Made by a program: the position numbers and the translations under genes. The notes beneath the pieces were generated by a model. It saw only the letters and a program-made list of their open reading frames with translations. It made no database searches and was not told the DNA's origin. A stretch of DNA of 32,000 nt from Skermania sp. ID1734 (GTDB lineage Bacteria; Actinomycetota; Actinomycetes; Mycobacteriales; Mycobacteriaceae): assembly GCF_007489285.1 (NCBI RefSeq), contig NZ_VLIY01000005.1, positions 102,905 through 134,904 of the forward strand, written 5' to 3'. This document shows, in pieces, positions 17,109-24,286 of this stretch; positions within the stretch are counted from its first letter, which is position 1, and each line of letters starts with the position of its first letter.

Positions 17109-17247
17109 TCACCAGCACCCAGCCGATCTTCGGCAGATTTCGGATCGCCGCGTCCGGGGCCATCAGTGCGTCCACGAGGCAGTACACCCATAAGACGACC
17201 GTGACCAGCATGAGTAGCGCGTACGGCACGGCGACCCCCCGTCTCAA
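16855..17247 (-). CDS. PLDc_N (PLD nuclease N-terminal) domain small membrane protein
   Basis: YALLMLVTVVLWVYCLVDALMAPDAAIRNLPKIGWVLVIILMPLLGSLLWLFAGRP is the typical two-helix PLDc_N domain. It is followed by a charged EDDEAFLQALRERAAAQRRE tail. The start is TTG 17247 or GTG 17229. Confidence 0.8.
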   Translation of the reverse strand: MRRGVAVPYALLMLVTVVLWVYCLVDALMAPDAAIRNLPKIGWVLVIILMPLLGSLLWLFAGRPIGPSRLASNTRFSEYDRPGRQVAQNPEDDEAFLQALRERAAAQRREAQRQEEARQREAERRRNAGD

Positions 17248-17260
17248 CTGAGTATTTGCG

Positions 17261-17881
17261 TCACATTACCGCAGCATTACTCCCGTCGAGGGCGGGAAAG
17301 GTCTGCTCGATAATCGCGAGCAGCGTGTCGTTGAGCAGCTGTTCGGCCTGTTCGCGGGTCAGGCTGCCGCGTCGAATCCATTCCCGCCCAGCGGCTTTCA
17401 CCATGCCACCGTAGGCGCGGACCGCTGCGAGCGCCGCCGGTCGTGGGGCGGGAGTGCCGAGTAGGTCGAGGACGTGCTCGGCGGCAGCTGTGTCTGCGTC
17501 ATCGAGAATCGCCTGCACCTCAGGGTCGTCGCCCACGCCTTCGGCACCCATCACCGCCACCCAGGTTTTGCCGTGCCGCTCGATCACGTCGAGCAGCCAT
17601 CGGACGCTGTGGGCTGCCCGCTCGCGTACGGAACCGTCGGGGATCGTCAGCGACCGGGGCGGGATCGTGGTCATTTGCCGAACCACGGCCAGGTACAGGT
17701 CGCGCTTGGTGCCGAAATAGTGGTTGATCAGCCCGCGAGCCACCCCCGCCTCGCGGGCGAGGTCTGTGGTGGACACCGCTGCGTAAGGCCGTTCGCCGAA
17801 CATGCGGATGGCGCAGCTCAGGATCTGTTCCCGGCGTTTGTCGGGTTCGAGCCGGCGGCGCGGAGAAGGCGGGCGGGTCAC
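17261..17881 (-). CDS. TetR-family transcriptional regulator
   Basis: N-terminal HTH: RREQILSCAIRMFGERPYAAVSTTDLAREAGVARGLINHYFGTKRDLY. The GTG start has AAGGA 9 nt upstream and lies 13 nt downstream of the fadE stop. Confidence 0.9.
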   Translation of the reverse strand: MTRPPSPRRRLEPDKRREQILSCAIRMFGERPYAAVSTTDLAREAGVARGLINHYFGTKRDLYLAVVRQMTTIPPRSLTIPDGSVRERAAHSVRWLLDVIERHGKTWVAVMGAEGVGDDPEVQAILDDADTAAAEHVLDLLGTPAPRPAALAAVRAYGGMVKAAGREWIRRGSLTREQAEQLLNDTLLAIIEQTFPALDGSNAAVM

Positions 17882-17894
17882 GTCGATGGATCCT

Positions 17895-19049
17895 TTACAG
17901 CGTGCGGGCGATGAGTTCCTTCATGATCTCGTTCGAGCCCGCCAGGATGCGCAGCACCCGCGCGCCGGTGTACAGCTGCGCTATCGGATATTCGGTCATG
18001 TATCCGTATCCGCCGAACAACTGCAGGCACCGGTCCACCACCACGCCGAGTTGATCGGTGAGCCAGTACTTGCTCATTGCCGCCGCGGCGACATCGAGTT
18101 CGCCGGCGAGGTGACGCTGGATGCAGTCGTCGAGGAAGGTCCGGCTGACCCGGGCGATGGTGGCGCACTCGGCCAGCTCGAACTTGGTGTTCTGCAACGC
18201 GAACAGCGGTTTGCCGAAAGCCTCACGGCCCTTGGTGTATTCGACGGTCAGCTCGACGGCGCGTTCCATCATGGCCACCGCCATCACGGCGGTCACGAGC
18301 CGCTCTTGGGCGAGCAGCTGCATCATTTGGTAGAAGCCCTGGCCTTCGGCCTCGCCGAGGAGGTTCGTGGCGGGCACTCGCAACCCATCGAAGAACAACT
18401 CAGCGGTGTCCTGGCCCTTGCCGCCGATCTTGGACAGGATCCGCCCGCGCCGGAAGCCAGGTGTGTCGTCACCCACCTCGGCGACGATCAGCGAGACGCC
18501 GGCGGCGCCCTTGGTCGGATCGGTCTTGACCGCGAGAATGATTGCGTCGCAGAGCCACCCGTTGCTGATGAAGATCTTCGAGCCGGTGATGACGTACTCG
18601 TCGCCCTCCCGGACCGCGCGCGTCTTGATGTTCTGCAGGTCCGAGCCGGTGCCCGGTTCGGTCATGCCGATGGACAGAACGTACTCGCCGCTCGCGGCCT
18701 TCGGCAGGATCCGCCGCTTCAGTTCTTCGGAGCCGAAGTGATGAATGTAGGGCGCGATGATCGCACTGTGCACTGGGGTGCCCATCGCGCCGTCGCCCGC
18801 GTAGCACTGCTCCTCGATGATCGCCGCCTCGTGCGCGAAGGTGCCGCCACCGCCGCCGTACTCCTCGGGTATAGCGGCGCAGAGCAGGCCGAGCTCGCCA
18901 GCGCGTCGGTAGAGCTCGCGGTCAGGGTGGCCCTGTGCAACGTACTTTTCCTCGTTCGGCACAACCTCTTTGGTGAAGAAGTTGCGCGCCAATTCGCGGA
19001 CGGCTTCGGTTTCGTCGTCACTCCACGGCGCTCGGGATCGTCGCGACAT
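17895..19049 (-). CDS. acyl-CoA dehydrogenase (FadE family)
   Basis: 384 aa with ACAD motifs (GMTEPGTGSDL, ITGSKIFISNG, QLFGGYGYMTEYPIAQLYTGARVLRILAGSNEIM). ATG 19049 is preceded by GAGGGAGGAAC. The upstream 15 codons of the ORF-track call were excluded. Confidence 0.92.
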   Translation of the reverse strand: MSRRSRAPWSDDETEAVRELARNFFTKEVVPNEEKYVAQGHPDRELYRRAGELGLLCAAIPEEYGGGGGTFAHEAAIIEEQCYAGDGAMGTPVHSAIIAPYIHHFGSEELKRRILPKAASGEYVLSIGMTEPGTGSDLQNIKTRAVREGDEYVITGSKIFISNGWLCDAIILAVKTDPTKGAAGVSLIVAEVGDDTPGFRRGRILSKIGGKGQDTAELFFDGLRVPATNLLGEAEGQGFYQMMQLLAQERLVTAVMAVAMMERAVELTVEYTKGREAFGKPLFALQNTKFELAECATIARVSRTFLDDCIQRHLAGELDVAAAAMSKYWLTDQLGVVVDRCLQLFGGYGYMTEYPIAQLYTGARVLRILAGSNEIMKELIARTL

Positions 19050-19087
19050 GGTTCCTCCCTCGATGCACGGACTGCCTGTGCATGAGC

Positions 19088-19124
19088 GTGACACCTTATT
19101 GGCAGGATGTCAATAAGGTGTCAC
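19088..19124. promoter_or_regulatory. perfect 14-bp inverted repeat with 9-bp spacer: candidate TetR operator for the fadE-tetR operon (alternatively a terminator of the upstream gene)
   Basis: GTGACACCTTATTG (19088-19101) and CAATAAGGTGTCAC (19111-19124). It has an AT-rich core in a GC-rich genome. It lies 39-75 bp upstream of the fadE ATG and 15 bp past the stop of the 107-aa gene. Confidence 0.4.
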
Positions 19125-19138
19125 GAGAGGGATCGGAC

Positions 19139-19462
19139 CTACGCCGCAACCGGATGAAGCTTCCGACGCGCCGCCGGGACCTTCCATGCGTCGAGCACCG
19201 CACGCAGCGCCGGCTGCTCTGCTGCCAGCTCTGCCCACAGGGCTCGCGGGTCAGCCCAGTCCTCGGCGACGCGATCGAGCTTCGCTTCGTAGTGGACATT
19301 CCAGCGATGCTGCAACGCGAGCAGGACCCCGCTGAGCCCGCCGAAGAGGCGGTCGACGTCCGGAAGGTCGGCGAACAGCATGGGATCGGCGGGGTTCGCG
19401 GCCGCCCGCGTCAGCACGGTTTCGATGATGTCGTTGCGAGCGTGCACGTCTTGCCAAGTCAT
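19139..19462 (-). CDS. hypothetical protein (107 aa, no recognised domain)
   Basis: ATG 19462 is preceded by the purine-rich GAGAGGGGAAAGAGAA. The amino-acid composition is balanced and G/C-ending codons predominate. I could identify no motif. Confidence 0.55.
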   Translation of the reverse strand: MTWQDVHARNDIIETVLTRAAANPADPMLFADLPDVDRLFGGLSGVLLALQHRWNVHYEAKLDRVAEDWADPRALWAELAAEQPALRAVLDAWKVPAARRKLHPVAA

Positions 19463-19638
19463 TTCTCTTTCCCCTCTCGCGGGACCGGCTTCGGGTCGGC
19501 CGGTGATTGACTTCGACGCTACGGAGCGCGGCCAGGCATTTCGCCGTGCCGCGGACGGGACTTCCGGCTCCTACCGTGGGTGGATACTGCAACCTCTCGC
19601 AGGACGATGTGGGACGCGAGACCACGACCTAGGGTGGT

Positions 19639-20916
19639 GTGGTGAGCATCGGTGAGCGCTATGCGTCGGCGACCGACAGCGCCGCCGAAGTCGGGGCGCG
19701 ACTGGTCGCCCGCAAGCGCCTGCACTTTGTGCGCGTCGCGGATTATGTTCAGCGACGGCTGAGCAACCTGCCACACAACTATCCACCGATCATCCCGCTG
19801 GTTTCCGACATCTCACTGCTGACGGTGACGGTCGTCGCGCTCGTGCAACGGGACGCGTTCATTCCCCCGCGCTGGCCGCTGCTGGCGGGGTTCATCGCAA
19901 TAGCCCCGATCCTGTGGGTATTCGCTTTCGACTACAAGCCGTCCGAGCGCACGGCTCCGCTCGTCCTCGCGGCGGGCGCCATCGTGAGCACCGGTCTGCT
20001 GCTGCTCGAGCCGAGACCTGCCGATGCCGCGCCGTTCATCATGATGATCGTCGTCGGTGAGGTGGCCGCGACCGCGACCCTGCGGATAGGCATCTGCGTC
20101 GCGGCGGCCACGGCGGTCGTGCTGGCGGTACCCACGGCGATGGGCCGGCTCGACAACGCTCCCGTCTACCTGATGCTCATCCCGCTCGGTTGGTGCGTCG
20201 GATTCATGCTGCAGACGCAGATGCGCCTGTTGGAGCGGGAACGCGAGAGCCAGCAGCAGCGCGCCGAACAGGCGGCCAGCGACGAGCGGCGCCGGATCGC
20301 CCGCGAGGTGCATGACGTTGTCGCACATTCATTGAGCGTGACGTTGCTGCACCTGACCGGTGCGCGCCGGGCGCTGCAGGAAGACAACGACGTCAATGAA
20401 GCGGTCGAGGCGCTCATAGACGCCGAACGGCTTGGCCGCCAAGCAATGTCGGACATCCGCCGCACGGTCGGACTGCTCGACGACAGCCGGGGCAAGACCA
20501 CCCCGGAGCCGGGTCTGGGCGACCTCGATGATCTGGTGGCCGGCTTCATCCGTGCGGGACTGCGCCTCGACTTCACGATGCACGGTGATGCCGATCGAGT
20601 ATCAGCCAGCATCGGTTTGGCGCTGTATCGCATTGCCCAGGAGAGCCTGGCCAACATCGCCAAGCACGCACCGGGCGCAAAAGCGGAACTTGAAGTGACG
20701 GTGCGCGATACAAAGGTAACCGTGACAGCCACCAATACGACGGCAAAGGACCAGCTCGTGGGCCAGGGTGGCTCCGGCCTTATCGGTATGCGGCAGCGCG
20801 CCGAACTGCTCGGCGGGAACTTCAGCGCCGGGCCCAGTCCGGAGGGATGGTCCGTGCGAGCGGAGATTCCGCTTGCCGCACAGGCTGACTCGGCCGGGTG
20901 TTGGTTCCAGATATGA
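19639..20916 (+). CDS. NarL/DesK-type sensor histidine kinase (HisKA_3 + HATPase)
   Basis: The N-terminal half is hydrophobic (several TM helices). H-box RRRIAREVHDVVAHSLSV; ATPase motifs QESLANIAKHA and GSGLIGMRQRAELLGG. The exact start is uncertain (several GTGs near 19630-19660). Confidence 0.87.
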   Translation: MVSIGERYASATDSAAEVGARLVARKRLHFVRVADYVQRRLSNLPHNYPPIIPLVSDISLLTVTVVALVQRDAFIPPRWPLLAGFIAIAPILWVFAFDYKPSERTAPLVLAAGAIVSTGLLLLEPRPADAAPFIMMIVVGEVAATATLRIGICVAAATAVVLAVPTAMGRLDNAPVYLMLIPLGWCVGFMLQTQMRLLERERESQQQRAEQAASDERRRIAREVHDVVAHSLSVTLLHLTGARRALQEDNDVNEAVEALIDAERLGRQAMSDIRRTVGLLDDSRGKTTPEPGLGDLDDLVAGFIRAGLRLDFTMHGDADRVSASIGLALYRIAQESLANIAKHAPGAKAELEVTVRDTKVTVTATNTTAKDQLVGQGGSGLIGMRQRAELLGGNFSAGPSPEGWSVRAEIPLAAQADSAGCWFQI

Positions 20917-21034
20917 CTGTGCTTCCAGTTACGGTCCTTCCCTCCGCTCCTCGCTTCGTTCCTCGACCTTCCCGCCCCGCCGCCCGCTGCTCCGCTGCGG
21001 TACTCGCTGCGATGCTCAGAAAGGACCTCCACTC

Positions 21035-21700
21035 TTGACCGTAATCAGAGTGCTGTTGGTCGATGATCAGGAACTGGTGCGCTCCGGGCTGCGCCGGATC
21101 CTGCGTCGCAAGGACGGCTTCGACATCGTCGCCGAGTGTGCCGACGGCTCGGAAGTCCTCGCCGCGGTGACTAGTTCCCGGCCCGACGTCATTGTCATGG
21201 ACCTGCGAATGAAGCGTGTGGACGGCATCGAGGCCACCCGCCGTGTCCGGGCCGCCGGTGCGCACCCGCCGGTGCTGGTGCTCACTACCTTCGATGACGA
21301 CGAGTTGCTCTCCGGCGCGTTGCGTGCGGGCGCGGCGGGTTTCATCCTGAAGGACTCGCCGGCCGAGGAACTTATTCGCGCCGTCCGTACGGTCGCCGGT
21401 GGCGACGCCTGCCTCGACCCGGCCGTGACCGCCCGCGTGCTCACGGCATACCGGGACGCCCCCGCGTCGGTTCCCGCCGCGGCCGTCGACGAACTCACCG
21501 CCCGTGAACGCGACGTCCTCGCGTTGATCGGGCGCGGATTGAGCAATTCCGAGATCGCGGCGGAGCTGTTCATCTCGGAGGTCACCGTGAAAAGCCACGT
21601 CGGGCATATCTTCGGCAAGCTCGGACTGCGGGATCGGGCGGCGGCCATTGTGTACGCATTCGATCACGCGATCGTCGCGCCGAGACTGCGCGACAGCTAG
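21035..21700 (+). CDS. NarL/LuxR-family response regulator
   Basis: REC domain (IRVLLVDDQELVRSGL..., DVIVMDLRM, FILKD) plus a C-terminal LuxR HTH (LTARERDVLALIGRGLSNSEIAAELFISEVTVKSHV). The start is inferred as TTG 21035 (AAGGA 9 nt upstream); GTG 21050 is an alternative. The ORF-track start 20768 lies inside the kinase gene. Confidence 0.88.
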   Translation: MTVIRVLLVDDQELVRSGLRRILRRKDGFDIVAECADGSEVLAAVTSSRPDVIVMDLRMKRVDGIEATRRVRAAGAHPPVLVLTTFDDDELLSGALRAGAAGFILKDSPAEELIRAVRTVAGGDACLDPAVTARVLTAYRDAPASVPAAAVDELTARERDVLALIGRGLSNSEIAAELFISEVTVKSHVGHIFGKLGLRDRAAAIVYAFDHAIVAPRLRDS

Positions 21701-21768
21701 CGGCCGCCATCTACACTGCGCTGCACGGGCGGTCGCCGACCGCCGGCAAGTGGAGGGAAGACGAACTC

Positions 21769-22245
21769 ATGGCCGAGCAGCCCGCTGAACTGACCGCGTC
21801 GATCACGATCGATGCCACGCCCGCGCAGGTGTGGAGCGTGCTATCCGACGTCACCCGGATGCCGGAGTTCAGCCCGGAGCTGCAGAAGGTGATCCGCCTT
21901 GGCGCGGCCAAAGACGGCATCCGGCAAGGGACGCGCTTTATCGGGCTCAACCGCCGGCAATGGCTGTGGTGGCCGACGACGTCGAAGGTGGTGCGTTTCG
22001 AACCCGAGCGTGAGATCGCCTGGAAGACCCAAGAAAGCGGCGCCACCTGGAGTTACCGGCTGGCACCGACTTCCGGCGGCACCGAGGTGACGTCGCGCCG
22101 GGAATTGCCTGCCTACACCATCGGCTCCAAGCTGATGACGCCGTTGATGGGCGGTGCCGCCAACCACGACACCGAACTTGGCGAAGGCATGCGGGTAACC
22201 CTCGAACGGATAAGGACGGTCATCGAGGGCCCGGCCGGTAAGTAG
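21769..22245 (+). CDS. SRPBCC (START/polyketide-cyclase-like) family protein
   Basis: 158 aa. ITIDATPAQVWSVLSDVTRMPEFSPE is the typical SRPBCC N-terminal signature. GGAGGGAAG RBS precedes the ATG. Confidence 0.82.
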   Translation: MAEQPAELTASITIDATPAQVWSVLSDVTRMPEFSPELQKVIRLGAAKDGIRQGTRFIGLNRRQWLWWPTTSKVVRFEPEREIAWKTQESGATWSYRLAPTSGGTEVTSRRELPAYTIGSKLMTPLMGGAANHDTELGEGMRVTLERIRTVIEGPAGK

Positions 22246-22256
22246 GCTGTCCTGCC

Positions 22257-23258
22257 GTGAGCACAACTTTTTCTGCGATGGTCGCCCGCGAGAACGACGG
22301 GGCCGTGACGCTGACGCCGGAAACCGTGGACGAGTCCTTTCTGCCCGATGGCACGGTCACCATCCGGGTGACCCACTCGAGCGTCAATTACAAGGACGCG
22401 TTGGCGGTGACGCCGAAGGGCGGCGTCGTCCGCGAGTATCCGATCGTGCCGGGTATCGACTTGGCCGGTGAAGTTGTGTCCTCGGACAACCACGACTTCG
22501 AGCCGGGCGACACCGTCCTCGCGCACGGCTACGACATCGGCACCGGTCGCCACGGTGGGTACGCCGAATTCGCTCGCGTGCCCGCCAAATACGTTGTCCC
22601 ACTGTCGCATATGACCCCGCATGACGCCGCCGCGATCGGCACTGCCGGATTCACGGCCGCAATGAGTGTCGAGGCGCTGCTGGACCGGGGCATCAGTCCC
22701 GACGACGGCCCGGTCCTGGTAACCGGTGCCAGCGGCGGCGTCGGCAGCACGAGCGTCGACCTGTTAGCCGCCGCCGGATTCGAGGTGGTCGCCTCCACCG
22801 GAAAACCGGAGGCGGAGGAGCTTTTGCTGGCCCTCGGCGCCTCCCGGGTGATCGGTCGAGTTCCCGAGGACCCCGAGGCCAAAATTCGTCCGCTGGGCAA
22901 GGCCGAATGGGCGGCCGCAGTCGACTGCGTCGGCGGCAAGACCCTCGCGTACGTGCTGAGCACTTTGAAATACGGCGGTGCGGTGGCCGCGAGCGGACTG
23001 ACCGGTGGCGCGGGGCTCAATACGACCGTGATGCCGTTCATCCTGCGTGGCGCGGGACTACTCGGTATCGATTCCGTTCAGCTGGACATCGAGACGCGCC
23101 GCGAGCTGTGGGACCGGCTGAATACGGAGTTGCGCCCCCGCCACCTCGACAAGCTCACCCATGATGTCGACATCAAAGATGTGACCTCGGTGATCGACCA
23201 AGTGCGGCAGGGGCGCTACACCGGACGCGCTGTCGTGCGCGTCAGCGGGGGGTTCTAG
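22257..23258 (+). CDS. acuI: MDR-family NADPH-dependent oxidoreductase of the YhdH/AcuI (acrylyl-CoA reductase) subgroup
   Basis: Aligns along its length with E. coli YhdH as recalled: SSVNYKDALAVTPKGGVVREYPIVPGIDLAGEV, VTGASGGVGSTSVDLL, TTVMPFILRGAGLLGIDSV, GRAVVRV. The start is GTG 22257 or ATG 22278. Confidence 0.86.
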   Translation: MSTTFSAMVARENDGAVTLTPETVDESFLPDGTVTIRVTHSSVNYKDALAVTPKGGVVREYPIVPGIDLAGEVVSSDNHDFEPGDTVLAHGYDIGTGRHGGYAEFARVPAKYVVPLSHMTPHDAAAIGTAGFTAAMSVEALLDRGISPDDGPVLVTGASGGVGSTSVDLLAAAGFEVVASTGKPEAEELLLALGASRVIGRVPEDPEAKIRPLGKAEWAAAVDCVGGKTLAYVLSTLKYGGAVAASGLTGGAGLNTTVMPFILRGAGLLGIDSVQLDIETRRELWDRLNTELRPRHLDKLTHDVDIKDVTSVIDQVRQGRYTGRAVVRVSGGF

Positions 23259-23732
23259 TTACGGCGTCGGCGTAACCGGTGTGGTCGACGCGCCGGACGG
23301 CGGCGTAGCCGGCCCGTTCTGGTTCGTCCCGTTCTGACCAGGCCCGTTCTGGTTCGTCCCGTTCTGGCCGGGTCCGTTCTGGTTTTGACCCGGTCCGCGG
23401 TGATGACGCATCGAACCCGGTCCATTGCCCGGGCCGAAGCCGCCGCCCGGACCCCACTCCTGGCCGCCGCGGTGGTGCATCTGGCCGTGATGCCCGTGGT
23501 GGTGTCCGTGATGACCGCCGCCACCGCCGTACACCGCATAGCCGACGCCGAAACCGGCACCGAAGAGCACAACCACGGCCGCGATGGCGGCAACGATCCG
23601 GCCGGCGCGGGTGCCCGTGACCGGTGCGACGAACCTGTCCCGGAACGAGCGTTTAGGCGGCGGGGCGGCCGCCGGCGTTTGACCGACGATTTCGGTGGGC
23701 CGTTCGTCGGGATTGTGCGGTCCCTCAGTCAT
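23259..23732 (-). CDS. membrane-anchored His/Gly-rich and Gly-Pro-Gln-Asn-repeat protein (unknown function)
   Basis: ATG 23732 with GAAGGA upstream. Basic N-terminus, one TM helix (IVAAIAAVVVLFGAGFGVGYAVY), then GGGGGHHGHHHGHHGQMHHRGG and GPGQNGTNQN repeats, and a Thr/Pro tail. The stop codon directly abuts the acuI stop (0-bp gap, convergent). Confidence 0.62.
   Translation of the reverse strand: MTEGPHNPDERPTEIVGQTPAAAPPPKRSFRDRFVAPVTGTRAGRIVAAIAAVVVLFGAGFGVGYAVYGGGGGHHGHHHGHHGQMHHRGGQEWGPGGGFGPGNGPGSMRHHRGPGQNQNGPGQNGTNQNGPGQNGTNQNGPATPPSGASTTPVTPTP
23311..23392 (-). repeat. in-frame tandem repeat: 30-bp unit x2 plus a partial third copy, with 15-bp sub-periodicity
   Basis: ggcccgttctggttcgtcccgttctgacca (23311-23340), ggcccgttctggttcgtcccgttctggccg (23341-23370), then ggtccgttctggttttgacc. 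On the minus strand this encodes (GPGQNGTNQN)n. Confidence 0.9.
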
Positions 23733-23982
23733 GTCTGAATCCTTCTATTAGTCGGGTATCTGACTACCAACCCAAAGTAAGCAGCCCGTCTGAGCATCGG
23801 GTGCGGCGCTGCTGCGAAGTCACTGTGAACTCCCCGCGCGTGTGTGACGGGTCATAGCGGGCGCACATGTCACGCCCACGGTCAACCAATTCTGCGCCTG
23901 CACGGTGGAGTTCGTCGCCCCGGTGAGCGGGGCCGACCCGCGGGTCTCGCGGACGGAGGCCAACACAACAGGAGAAGATCGA

Positions 23983-24219
23983 ATGGGCTCGAAACTGAAG
24001 AAGTCTGTTGCCGCTGCCGGGCTGACCTTGGCATTGTTCGGGGTGGGGGCCGGTGTCGCGAGCGCCGATCCGGCTCCCGGACAGCACAATCCAGCGCCTG
24101 CGCAGAACCAGCACCCCGATCAGCGACAGGGGCCGCAACGTCAAAATCCCGCTCCTGCGCCGCAGCAGCAGAGCCCGCATGGATTCTGGTTCTTCAACCA
24201 GTGGGTACCGCTGCCGTAG
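23983..24219 (+). CDS. small secreted Pro/Gln-rich protein (78 aa, unknown function)
   Basis: ATG 23983 with AGGAGAAG 6 nt upstream. Signal peptide MGSKLKKSVAAAGLTLALFGVGAGVASA|DP. The mature part is PAPGQHNPAPAQNQHPDQRQGPQRQNPAPAPQQQ, ending in the aromatic GFWFFNQWVPLP. Confidence 0.6.
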   Translation: MGSKLKKSVAAAGLTLALFGVGAGVASADPAPGQHNPAPAQNQHPDQRQGPQRQNPAPAPQQQSPHGFWFFNQWVPLP

Positions 24220-24242
24220 CGAACCCTTACCGACGAGACAGG

Positions 24243-24286
24243 CCGTGCGTGATTTTCCACCGCCCGCGGTGGAAAATCACGCACGG
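24243..24286. terminator. 44-bp perfect palindrome (21-bp arms) between the convergent small secreted-protein gene and prpC; candidate bidirectional terminator
   Basis: ccgtgcgtgattttccaccgc (24243-24263) / gcggtggaaaatcacgcacgg (24266-24286). The right arm overlaps the last 10 nt of prpC. Confidence 0.55.

Noticed and set aside
17802-19085. 427-aa ORF on the plus strand
   Set aside because: It is entirely antisense to the well-supported acyl-CoA dehydrogenase. Its translation is Arg/Gly/Ala/His-rich low complexity with no motif, a typical shadow ORF of high-GC DNA.
20768-21034. Upstream extension of the response-regulator ORF (track start at 20768)
   Set aside because: The only ATG lies inside the kinase gene in a different frame. 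The extension is Ser/Arg/Pro-rich, and REC domains start within a few residues of the IRVLLVDD strand, so TTG 21035 is preferred.
21728-21744. Short GC hairpin (ggcggtc-gcc-gaccgcc) after the response regulator as a terminator
   Set aside because: It has only a 7-bp stem with a 3-nt loop and no U-tract, which is indistinguishable from chance in 67% GC sequence. I did not report it as a feature.
23311-23392. Short tandem repeats considered as a possible CRISPR or intergenic VNTR
   Set aside because: The units are contiguous with no spacers, have 15/30-bp periodicity, and are in frame inside a CDS. This is a coding low-complexity repeat, not a CRISPR array.
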